From Chiloscyllium plagiosum (lineage: Eukaryota): a stretch of DNA of 64,000 nt. Of the stretch, positions 37,905 to 49,370 are shown one piece after another. The stretch's first letter is position 1; each line of letters starts with the position of its first letter. The notes under the pieces are model-generated. The model saw only the letters and a list, made by a program, of their open reading frames with translations. It made no database searches and was not told the origin of the DNA. Where the stretch lies: NCBI RefSeq assembly GCF_004010195.1, contig NC_057754.1, positions 8,646,214 through 8,710,213 of the forward strand. The letters are read 5' to 3'. Both the position numbers and the translations under genes were made by a program.

Positions 37905-38700
37905 TTTTTCATTCCTGGGATTTGGACATCGCTAGCTGGTCCAGCATTTATTCCCCATCCCTAACTGCCCTTCAGAAGGTGGTGTTGAGCTGCTTTCTTG
38001 AACTCGTGCAAATCATGTGCTGGAGGTAGACCCATAATGCCCATAGGGAGGGAATTCCAGGAATGTGATCCAGTGACTGTGAAGGAACAGTGATATGTTT
38101 CCAAGTCAGGGTATCAAGTGGCGTGGAGAGGTTCTTGCAGTTGGTGGTATTCTCATATATCGGCTGCCTTTGTCCTGAAGAATGGAAGTGGTCGTGGGTT
38201 TGGAAGATATTAGCTCACAGTGTTTGGCGAATTTCGAAAATGCATCTTGGAAATGGTACATGTTGCAGCAGTGGAACAGGAAGTGAATGTTTGTAGACAT
38301 GGATGGTACATGTTGCAGCAGTGGAACAGGAAGTGAATGTTTGTAGACATGGATGGTACATGTTGCTGCAGTGGAACAGGAAGTGAATGTTTGTAGACCT
38401 GGATGGTACATGTTGCTGCAGTGGAACAGGAAGTGAATGTTTATAGACCTGGTGCCTATCAAATGAGGCTGCTTTGTCCTGAATGGTTTCAAGCTTCTTG
38501 AGTGTTGTTGAAACTGCTATCATCCAGTGCAGTTGGGGAGTATTCCATCACACTCCAGCCTTGTGCCTTGCAGATGATGAACAGGCTTTGGGAAGTCAGA
38601 GGTGAGTTACCCGCTGCAGTATTCCTGACCTACACTTATTATCACTGTATTTATGTAGCGGTTCCATTGAGATTCTAGTTGATGGTAACCCCCAGGAGGT
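37905..38700 (-). mobile_element. Degraded non-LTR retrotransposon 3' region distinct from HER1 (related pieces at ~10170-10930 and ~31020-32310)
   Basis: Minus-strand MEYSP..TTLKKLETIQDKAA, typical of a LINE RT C-terminus. Confidence 0.6.
38253..38452. repeat. 50-bp tandem repeat x4
   Basis: ATGGTACATGTTGCAGCAGTGGAACAGGAAGTGAATGTTTGTAGACATGG at 38253, 38303, 38353, 38403. Confidence 0.95.
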
Positions 38701-39399
38701 TGATAATGAAGGATTCCATACACAATACGTTTGAAGATAACAAAGGCTAGCATATATTTAATGGGCATTATTCCTTTATTTTGTATAAATTCCATTCTGA
38801 TGAAATTAGACCCAGTCATGCTTTTCTTCATTTTGTTGATGTCATGAAAATAACCTGAGCTGGTAATTTGACAGATTTCTGAATGTGTACATGAGCCCCT
38901 CTGTCATTTTAGCACAATTCAGCCTCCTAGTTTCATGTCCTAATCAGATCTCAAATCCTTCCAGCAAAAACTTTGCATCTCACAGATTCAACTATATTGA
39001 TATTGATTTGCTACTTAAAGTCCTTCCTTCATTGTTGTTCATGATTGTCCTGCTTGTCTTCATCTTCCTTAACTGCATTTTCAATTTAGATCGGTCTTCA
39101 GATCTTGCCATTTTGTGTCCACTTTCCAATTGTTGACTAATCATGCACACCCCCTTATTGACAGATAGCTCAATTGTACAGAAAGCTTATTGGCTCTAAT
39201 AACAGGTTAATGCAGAGATTTTAGCTGGCTATTCTGATTTTATTCAACCTGGAAATGTGAATGCTGGAAATGCATTGGAATTGGAACTGAGATTTTGTGC
39301 TTGTTAATTTCTAACCAGCATCCTGCTTTGATCCCTGTGTCTGATTTTGTGATCAATATTTTAAGTATCTTTTGCCTTCTCTCTGTATCTCTCTTATAG

Positions 39400-40295
39400 T
39401 TAACTTAATGGCGATATTTATCCTTATCTGGAGAAAGTGTGGCCTCTCCGTCTGCAGCACTCGCTACCTGATAGCCATGGCAATGTCCGACCTGCTGGTG
39501 ATTATCACGGAGATCATATTGAGGCGACTCAATTCTTATTATTTCCCATTTTGTTTCCTGAGTATCGTCCCTGTGTGCAGCATCATTGCTGTCTTGATTC
39601 GTGCAGCTGTAAACTGCTCTGTCTGGTTCACTGTGGCTTTCTCATTTGATAGATTTGTGGCCATTTGTTGCCAGAAGCTAAAGACAAGATATTGCACTGC
39701 GAAAAATACGACTGTGGTTCTTGCATCAACCTGCGCCCTGCTCTGTTTAAAAAATGTTCCCTTCTTCTTTGTATTTGAACCCGGGCTGAGAATTGACCGT
39801 GCATCCTGGGACTGCTATATTAAACCAAGTTACTTCACTGAGCCTGGGTGGGTCAGATTTCGCTGGTTTGACATGATCTTAACTCCAGTGCTCCCATTTG
39901 TTTTAATTCTGCTGCTCAATGCTCTGACAGTCAGGTACATTTTACAGGCAAGTCAACTCCGCAAAGGACTAAGGGGTCATCGAAGCCCAGGGGATCACCG
40001 TGACCCAGAGGTGGAGAGCAGAAGGAAATCTGTGGTATTACTCTTCACCGTTTCTGGTAACTTCATCATCCTTTGGTTGGTTATTGTTATTGATATTTTG
40101 TACAGTGAATTTGCAGGAAAAGAGCCTCTTGATTACAACCATTCAGAATATATATTTCACGAAGTGGGAATTTTACTACTGACCTTAAGTTGCTGCACTA
40201 ACACATTCATTTATGGAGTGACTCAGTCCAAGTTTCGAGATCACCTCAGGGACACGGTGACTTATCCTTTTACAGCAACTGCTCGTTTCATTTAG
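39400..40295 (+). CDS. GPR139/142-related orphan GPCR gene B, exon 2 (intact; spliced protein 320 aa)
   Basis: Acceptor ctctcttatAG|TT, phase 1 matches exon 1; 7TM with AMSDLL, SFDRF, ECL2 Cys, TNTFIY, SKFR helix 8. Confidence 0.92.
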
Positions 40296-40509
40296 AATCA
40301 TAACGTTTGACAACATCCCAAGCCGGGTCCCAGGGTTTCGAGTTCACAAATTTATTCAAAGACTTCCAAAAAAGGGTAAAGAGGGAAAGAGATTAGGATT
40401 CCAACAAGGGAGTTCAGGAGGAGAGTCACAGTGCTGCAAGAGGTCAGCAAGGGAACAGCAAATATCGTCTCACACACTCGGAGTGGTTGGAATCTCATTT
40501 TATTCCATC

Positions 40510-41635
40510 TAAGATAGTGAAGAAGGTGTTTGGTATGCTTTCCTTTATTGGTCAGAGTATTGAGTACAGGAGTTGGGAGGGTCATGTTGCGGCTGTACAG
40601 GACATATGTGAGGCCACTTTTGGAATATTGCGTGCAATTCTGGTCTCCTTCCTATCAGAAAGATGTTGTGAAATTTGAAACGATTCAATTAAGAGTTACA
40701 AGGGAAGATGTTGTTAAACTTGAAAGGGTGCAGACAAGATTTTGTCAGAGTTTCAGATGTAGGGAGAGGCTGAATAGTATGTGGCTGTTTTCCTTGGAGC
40801 ATCAGAGGCTGAGGTCTGACCTTTTAGATGTTTATAAAACCGTGAGGAGCATTGATAGGCTGAATAGACAAGGTCTCTTCCCAGGGTAGGAAAGTTTGAA
40901 ACAAGAGGGCATAGGTTTAAGGTGAGAGGGGAAAGGGGGACCTAAGGGGCAACCTTTTCACAGAGAGGGTAGTGCAAGAGGAATTGGTGGAGACTTAGAG
41001 TCATAGAGTAACACAGCATGGAAACAGGCCCTTTGGCCCAAACTGGGTCCATGCTGACCATGGTGCCAACTCAGCTAGTTCTAATTGCCCGCATTTGGCC
41101 TACCCATGTACCTATGCAAATTTTAAAAAATATTACCAGTGCACCCACTTTAACCACTTTCACTGGCAGCCCATCCCGTATACGTGTACAACTGCAACAT
41201 TTAAAAAGCATCTGGTTGGGTACATGAATTGGAAAGGCTTGGAGGGATATGGGCCAAATCTGGCAAATGGAAATAGATTAATTCAGGAGGCCAGGTCAGC
41301 ACAGATTAGATTCTCTTCAGTATGGAAACAGGTTCTTCAGCTCCAACAAGTCCACACCAACCCTCCAAGAGTAACCCACCCAGCTACCCTATATTTACCC
41401 CTGACTAACACTATGGGCAATTTAGCATGGCCAATTCACCTAAACTGCACATCTTTGGATTGTGGGAGGAAACCCACACAGACATGGGGAGAATGTACAA
41501 ACTCCCCACAGTCACCCATGGTGGGACTCAAACCTGGATTCTTGGCGCTGTGAGGCAGCAGTGCTAACCACTGAGCCACCGTGCTGCTCCTCAAAGGGTC
41601 TGTTTCCATTTTGTGCAACTCTCTGAGAATGAGAC
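40510..41635 (+). mobile_element. CR1 3' fragment with nested CR1 end and minus-strand HE1 (~41303-41585)
   Basis: LLEYCVQFWSPSYQKDVV motif; HE1 reverse complement. Confidence 0.8.
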
Positions 41636-42171
41636 TATAAGGCCTGCCGGACACCTCATCCATGTCTCTGTTTTACTTCAGAATATCAATATTATAATGC
41701 ATTCCAGGATGGTTTCCCCCAACTTACCCTCTTGAACTCTCAAGACCATGCAAACTTCCATATTTTTACTCACAGCACTATCATTCCAAAACGTACATTC
41801 ACTGTCAATCAAGCAATGGCTCCAGTTTAAATTAACCATCCTGGTTTACAAAGCTTTAAATGCCCTCATTCCTCTCTCTGTCTCCGTGATTTCTTCCAGT
41901 CCCTATTTGCCCCGTCTCTTTAAGCCCCTCAACCACACAACCTTCCCCATCTCTGTAAGTTTGTTCATCTCTGAGCACACTGATAGATCGATGATGATGC
42001 TGGTATCAGTGATGCAGTACAGGCAGGTTCAAGCCTGTAGGTTAGATCCAGGAACTGGAAATAAACAAACAGGCAATTGCAGCAGTTGACTCATTATGTG
42101 AGGAAATCACTCGTGGATCTGCACAATCCAGACCAGGCTGAATTTCAATGAAAACTGGGGTGCTGACGCTC

Positions 42172-42771
42172 ATGGGTCAGAGTATTGAGTACAGAAGTTG
42201 GAAGGTCATGTTGCGGCTGTACAGGACATCGGTTAGACCACTGTTGGAATATTGCATGCAATTCTGGTCTCCTTCCTATCGGAAAGATGTTGTGAAACGT
42301 GAAAGGGTGCAGAAAAGACTTGCCAGAGTTGGAGGATTTGAGCTATAGGGAGAGGTTGAATAGGCTGAGGTTGTTTTCCCCGGAGTGTCGGCGGCTGAGG
42401 GGTGACCTTATAGAGGTTTACAAAATTATGAGGGGCATGGATAGGATAAATAGGCAAAGTCTTTTCACTGGGGTGGGGGAGTCCAGAATTAGAGGCATTA
42501 GGTTTAGGGTGAGAGGGGAAAGATATAAAGGGGCAACATTTTCACGCAGAGGGTGGTACATGTATGGAATGAGCTGCCAGAGGAAGTGGTGGAGGCTGGT
42601 ACAATTGCAACATTTAAAAGGCATCTGGATGGGTATATGAATGGGAAGGGTTTGGAGGGATATGGGCCGGGTGTTGGCAGATGGGACTAGATTGGGTTGG
42701 GTTACCTGGTCCGCATGGACGAGTTGGACAGAAGGATCTGTTTCTGTGCTGTACATCTCTATGACTCTATG
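42172..42771 (+). mobile_element. CR1/HER1 3' fragment
   Basis: ORFs 42148-42348 and 42299-42640; GACTCTAT tail. Confidence 0.9.
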
Positions 42772-43264
42772 GTCAGTTGTCCACTGCTGAAAATTAGATT
42801 GCCTCTTGGAAGAAGAACTAAAAGTTCCATGAGGCGCACACAGTTTTAAATGACATCATGGCTGAGATTGGTGATTTATATCATGAGAGGGCTTTTCTGA
42901 CAATTCTTAAGTTCTGTCTTCATTGTATCTGCTGTTTAATGCAGTGACCTACAATTTATAATTAGCTACAATGTCATGTTAACTCACGTTTAACATATGT
43001 TGATTACTGATTGCTGTCTCAGACATTATGGTGTGTATATTTTTAACTATCACCTCGTAAGAGGCCTGCTGTTCTAAAGAATGGAATTTATTGCAGATGT
43101 AGGTTTGCTCACTGACTTGGTAGGTTTGTTTTCATAAGCTACAAATCTTCTCAAAACTCGCTAGTGGAATGTATTCTTTGAGTACATGCCTTGGATTTTG
43201 ATTTTTTAATATAAAAAAAATCCGTGATCATTGCCAGTTTCATACAGTAGTGAACATTAGAGTA

Positions 43265-43655
43265 TCAGTGGCTCAGTGGTTAGCACTGCTGTCTTACAGC
43301 ACCAGGGACCTGGGTTCAATTCCACCCTCAGGTGACTGTCTGTGTGAAGCTTGCCCATTCTACCCCTGTCTCCATGGGTTTTTGCCGGGTGCTCCGGTTT
43401 CCTCCCACATTTCCAAGGATATGCAGATGAGGTGGTTTGGCCATGCTAAATTATGCAGAGTAAATAGGTTAGGTGCATTAGGATGGTTAATTTAAACTGG
43501 AGCCATTGCTTGATTGACAGTGAATGTATGTTTTGGGAAATGCACGGTTACAGAGACAGACTATGGATTTGGGTTTGGGTTTGGTTGGGAAGCTTTTCAG
43601 AGGCTCAGTGTAGAATTGATGGCCTTAAAGGTCTGATTCCATACTGCAAGGAATT
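43265..43655 (+). mobile_element. HE1-related SINE
   Basis: GTGGCTCAGTGGTTAGCA and GGGTTCAATTCC boxes. Confidence 0.75.
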
Positions 43656-46137
43656 CATGACAATTTCTGTGGGTTGAAATCATTAATGCGCCAGTGTATT
43701 GTGACCCAATATGATCTGATAATGCTACTTGACTAGCCCAGAGCCAATGTGGTGAAAACAATGTCTAGGGCAATTTAATTCTCATGCTGATCACTGGATT
43801 ATCAAATTCCTGACATATTGTAAAGATTCTCAACTGACAAGTTCAAGAATTAGCGCCTCATCTGTCAGTTATGTGCTTCCCACTCTTCCAGAGATCAAAT
43901 AGAGTCCAACAATCCCACACTGCGAAGTCGATTTCATAGAATCATCGAATCCCTACAGGCCACTTGGCCCAACAAGTCCACATCGACCCACTGACCCTCC
44001 CACCCAGACTCATTCCTCTACCTTATTACTCTATAGTTCCCCTGACTAATGCACCTAACCTACACATCCCTGAACACGTGGGCAACTTTAGCATAGCCAA
44101 TTCACCTGAACCTACACATCTTTTGGAGGAAACTAGAGCACCCAGTTTCATTAGTAGAACTTGAGCTTAAATCTCACTTTCGACACGGTTTAGTTTTCCA
44201 AAATGTCGCTGTCTACAATCTGCTTTTCAGACCTCTTCCAGATACTTTGCTTTTACCTGTGGAATTGATCTGACATAGGGCTGACAATGACAGGTTGGGC
44301 CTAATAACCTAATTCTGAGCTGCTGCAAGATGAGAACGCTTATGCTTCCCTCCGCATGAGTGTGCATGACGTACTCTAACCTTATTCTATTCCTCCTGAC
44401 TTCTAAACATTTTATAGGATGTTACTTTCACCTTATTTCCTCACTGCCTTAAAGCCTGTTACTAATCCAACTATCCAACTAATGAAAGGTTATTGATCTA
44501 AAACTTGCGTCAGTTCGTCTGTCTGTGTTTCCAAGAAATGTGGCTCACATTCTGACCTCTCCATGTTACACTGCACATTGCCACTGAATTTTCATATGAA
44601 TGCCTGGCTTGAATTCTATCAAGAGGGAAAATAGAGGAGCCAATGCTAGGATTTGACAAAGGAGACAGAAAAGGTATCCAACTGGGATGAATGCTTGATT
44701 AGCCATTCAACTGAAAATGTGACAAGCATGACTCAAAAAGAAAGGCAAAGGGAAACTAAAATGTGCAAGAATGAAGAGAATGCCAGTTAGCAGGAAACAT
44801 GCTTCTGTTAGCAATGTGTGGTAAGTGGTTTAAGCAAGCTAAGATGGGTACAAATAGGGTCAAAGACGTCCATAAGGCATGAGAGGTGCAGCTTAGAGAC
44901 CAGAATACTCAATGAGTTTGCTGTTTCAACATTCATAAAGAAAGAGCAACTGGCAAATGTGTCACTCAGGAGAAGGAGAGAATGTGAATGTGTGTGTGTG
45001 TGTGTGAGTGAGAGAGAGAGAGAGAGAGAGAGTCAGTTTGTGTGAATGTGAGGCTGTGTGAGAGAGACTGTCAGTGTGTGAATCCTAGTTCGGGTGAGAA
45101 TGTGTGAGAACATGTGAAATGAGCACGTGAAGTGTGAGAATGTGTGTGTGTATATAAGTATATCAGTTTAAAAAAATCACACAACACCAGGTTATAGTCC
45201 AGCAGGCACTAGCTTTTGGAGCACTGCTCCTTCATCAGGTGACTGTGGAGCAGAATCATAAGACACAGAATTTATAGCGACAGGATTGCAGTGTCATGGA
45301 ATGTAATATTAAACACATTTTGCTTAAGTCTTTATTTTTTAGAATGACCATGTTAGCTTCGGTTCCTTCATATGTAAATCCCAGAACTTTTTTAAAGTTA
45401 CATTCTCAAGACAGCTTTAACAATAGGTGTCATCTCAGCTCAGATAATGCATTGAAGATGTGAGGTTAAAGTCTGTGTGTGCCTCAATGTTAGGTGTGTG
45501 CGTGCAGGGGAGACTGAGTGAGTGTGGGTGTGAATGTCCTGTGAGAGTGCATTTGTGTGTGTGGGGGGGGCGAGGTGGGAACTGTGGAGTGCAGTGGGGT
45601 CACCTGTAGTGTGACATGAACCCAAGGTCCAGGTGGAGGCCATCCCCATGGGGACTGAACTTGCCTGTCAGCCCCTGCTCGGCCACTTTGCATTGTCGCC
45701 TGTCCCGAAGTTTGCCTTGGAGGATAGTCACTTGAAGGTCTAAGGGCAAGTGTCCCAGACCTGCTTGCACACACATATAAGTTTGTACAGGGAATTTGTA
45801 CTTGCAGAATTGCATTTCATTTTGCTCAAAAATCCATGTAAGACTCTGTAAATCCCACTTCAGAAATAGAATCAGTCTGACCTAACATTGAGACACAGAC
45901 AGATTTTAACCTCACATCTTCAATGCATTATCTGAGCTGAGATGACACTTATTGTTAAAGCTGTCTTGAGAATGCAACTTTAAAAAAAGTTCTGGGATTT
46001 ACATACAAAGGAACTGAAGCTAACGTGATCATTCTAAAAGATAAAGACTTAGGCAAAATTTGTTTAATATTACATTCCATGACACTGCAATCCTGTCGCT
46101 CTAAATTCTGTGTCTTACGATTCTGCTCCACAACCAC

Positions 46138-46166
46138 CTGATGAGGAAGCGTCGCTCCGAAAGCTA
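46138..46166 (+). ncRNA. Minimal hammerhead ribozyme motif
   Basis: CTGATGA-GGAAGCGTCGCTCC-GAAAG-CTA. Confidence 0.6.
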
Positions 46167-46207
46167 GTGCTTCCAATTAAACCTGTTGTTCTATAACCTG
46201 GTGTTGT

Positions 46208-46404
46208 CATAGACAAGTCTGACCAAAAGGCTTGTTTCCATAGTGTGAACCTTTACAGCTCAATGTGAGTGTTAGTGCTAGTGTCAGTGAGAATGTGCAA
46301 GATGAGTGTTTGAAGGTCGAGATTGTGAGTGTGGGTGATAGCGTGTGCATGTCTAATTGTGGAAGTATGAGAGGTTGAGAATGAGTGTGTGGAGTGAGTG
46401 TGTC
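46208..46404 (+). repeat. Local duplicate of 47588-47772 inserted in the PLE terminus
   Basis: Direct match including the CR1-tail / TG-rich junction. Confidence 0.9.
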
Positions 46405-46689
46405 CACCCCAGTCCAACACCAGCACCTCCAAATCACAAATATGTCAGAGATTGCAAGTGAGTGTGTGGGATGGATGTGTATGAGCGTATGAGAGCGAAA
46501 GTGTGTGAATGAGAGTGTGAATGCTAGATTGCACATGTATGTCATCATATAAGTGGGAGTGTTTTACATGAGAGTTTGCATGTGCGTGATAGTGATTGTC
46601 AGAGTGAGCGCGTGTGTAAGTTTGTGTATGCGAGTGTGTGCTTTTGTGCATTTGAGTGAGAATGTGACCAATGACGATAATTTCACTAG

Positions 46690-47620
46690 TTTTATAATAG
46701 TTGTGGAAAAGGATAGATCTGGTCCATAAGTTAAAGCTCAAAATTGGGGCAAGGCCAATTTTGATTGTCTTGGACAGGTAACATTCAAAATTTGACTGGG
46801 GGAGGCTGTTTGCATCTAAAAGGACGCCTGGTCCATGGGAGGCTTTCAAAAGTCGGGGCTCAAGGTCAGCATGTTCCTGTAATAGGGAAGGGTAAGACTG
46901 GCAGTAGTAGGAAACCCTGGATGATGAATGTATTGAGGTCAAGAAAAGGTGGGAGGTATATGACATTTATCGGAGGCTGGGATTAAGTGAGTTCCTTGAG
47001 GGTGTCAGAGAACATTTGAGAAAGAAATCAGGAGGGCTAAAAGGTAAAGGAGAATCCAACATCCATGGGGTACATGCAGGAAAAAAAGAGTAACTAGGGA
47101 GAGAATAGGGCCTCTGAAAGATGAATAAGATTTTTTATGTGCAGAGTCACAGGAGCTGGTTGAGATCCTATTGAATACGTATTATCAGTAGTTACCATTG
47201 AGAAAGGCATGGATGCTAGGGAATTGGGGGGAATAAATAGTGATGTCCCTATTGCAGTCCGATTACAGAAGAGGAGCGGTTGGAAGTCTTAAGATTCACA
47301 AAGGTAGACAAATCCCCGGGATGAACCTGGGTCCCTGGTGCTGTGAGGTAGCAGTGTTAACCATTGAGCCACCATAGCACACTTAAAGTGAGGGGAGAGG
47401 TACAAAAGGATCCAGAGGGGCTTTTCTTTCACACAAAGTGTTGAGTGTCTGCAACAGGTGGTGGCAGAAGCGAGTACAATTTTGTTATTTAAGAAATATT
47501 TGTACAGGTACATGAATGGGATAAGTATGGAGGGATACGGACTAAATGCAGGTAAATGGGATTCTTTTAATTGTAAAAACTGGATGGCATGGACACGTCT
47601 GGCCAAAAGGCTTGTTTCCA
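46690..47620 (+). mobile_element. Degraded CR1 fragments with a short HE1 piece
   Basis: Remnants of endonuclease-RT linker and 3' end. Confidence 0.6.
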
Positions 47621-48661
47621 TAGTGTGAACCTTTACAGCTCAATGTGAGTGTCAGTGAGAATGTGTAAGATGAGTGTTTGAAGGTCGAGATTGTGAGTGT
47701 GGGTGATAGCGTGTGCATGTCTAATTGTGGAAGTATGATAGGTTGAGAATGAGTGCGTGGAGTGAGTGTGTCACAGCATGAGTGAGAGAGTGTGAATGAA
47801 AGATGGAATGTGTGAAAGACTATGTGGGAGAGAGTTGTTGGGTGAGTGTTAGATGAGAGCGTAAGGTGTGTTAGTGTGTGCAAATGAGAGTGTCGGACAG
47901 CGTGTTCGTGTGTGAGAAAACATGTGTGAGAAGTTGAGAGTGTGCATGTGAGGGATGAGTGCATGTGTGAAAGAGAGTGTCTGAGTGAGTGTGTGTGTGA
48001 TAGAGAGTGTGAAGTCATTGAGTATGAGTCATAGAGTCATACAGCACAGAAACAGACATTGCAGTCCAACCAAACCATGCCGATCCATATTCCCAAAATA
48101 AAGGAATCCCATCTGCCTGCGTTTGGCCCATATCCCTCAAACATTTCCTGCACTTGTATTTATCCAAATGTCTCCGAAACATAAGTGGACCTGCATTCAC
48201 CACTTTGCCTGGCAGTTCATTCCCCACACAAACCACTCTCTACGCAAAGAAAAAAGCTCATGTCTTTCTTAAATCGTTTCCCTGCCGATTTAAAAATGTG
48301 CCCCTTAGTTTTGAACTTGCCCTACCCTCCAAAAAAAATCCCTGCTATTCACCTGACCTATGTCCCTCATGATTTTATTGACCTCCATAAGGTCACCCCT
48401 CGACATCCAGTGAAAAATAGTCCTGGTCAGTTCAGTCTATTTTTAAAACCTCCAACTCTCCATCCATGGCAACGTCCTGACAAATCATTTCTGAACTCTC
48501 TCTAGTTTAGTAACATCCTTATTAAAGCAAGGCAACCAAACTAGACACAGTACTCCATAAGAGGCCTCATCAATGTCCTAGACAAACTCAACATGATGGC
48601 CAATGCCTATACTCAAAAGTCTGAGCAATGAAGGAAGGGTGCTAAATGCCCTAACCACTGG

Positions 48662-48988
48662 TAGGCGGCACGGTGGCACAGTGGTTAGCACTGCTGCCTC
48701 GCAGCGCCAGAGACCCGGGTTCAATTCCTGCCTCAGGTGACTGACTGTGTGGAGTTTGCACGTTCTCCCCGTGTCTGCGCGGGTTTCCTCCGGGTGCTCC
48801 GGCTTCCTCCCACAGTCCAAAGATGTGCAGGTCAGGTGAATTGGCCATGCTAAATTGCCCGTAGTGTTAGGTAAGGGGTAAATGTAGGGGTATGGGTGGG
48901 TTACGCTTCGGCGGGTCGGTGTGGACTTGTTGGGCCGAAGGGCCTGTTTCCACACTGTAATGTAATCTAAAATCTAATCTAATCTAAA
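48662..48988 (+). mobile_element. HE1-type SINE (young)
   Basis: Full-length, near-identical to the copy at 31607. Confidence 0.92.
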
Positions 48989-49002
48989 ATCACTCTGTCT
49001 AC

Positions 49003-49185
49003 GATTTGGAGATGCCAGTGTTGGACTGGGGTGTACAAAGTTAAAAATCACACAACACCAGGTTATAGTCCTGCTCCTTCACAGGTGGTTGTTGTGCGAC
49101 GAAGGAACGGCACTCCGAAAGCTAGTGTGCTTCCAATTAAACCTGTTGGACTATAACCTGGTGTTGTGTGATTTTTAACTTTGTA
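49003..49185. mobile_element. Palindromic mini-PLE with 12-bp TSD
   Basis: CACTCTGTCTAC at 48991-49002 and 49186-49197; ~40-bp inverted arms. Confidence 0.85.
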
Positions 49186-49370
49186 CACTCTGTCTACCGC
49201 TGATGCAAATTTCAAAGAATGATATACTTGAACTCCTCGATCTCTCTGTTCTACAACACTATCATGGGCTCTACCATTAATGGTAGAAGTCCTGTCTTGT
49301 TTGCATTACCTCACATATATCCAAATTAGACTCCATCTGCCACTCCTCAGCCCATTGACCCAATTGATCA

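Larger units (their letters stand above)
45168..46435. mobile_element. Penelope-like element with ~315-bp inverted terminal repeats around a GIY-YIG fragment
   Basis: 45181-45494 is the reverse complement of 45881-46207; internal minus-strand DLQVTILQG..AEQ..DLGFMSHY; hammerheads at 45210-45238 (-) and 46138-46166 (+). Confidence 0.85.
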
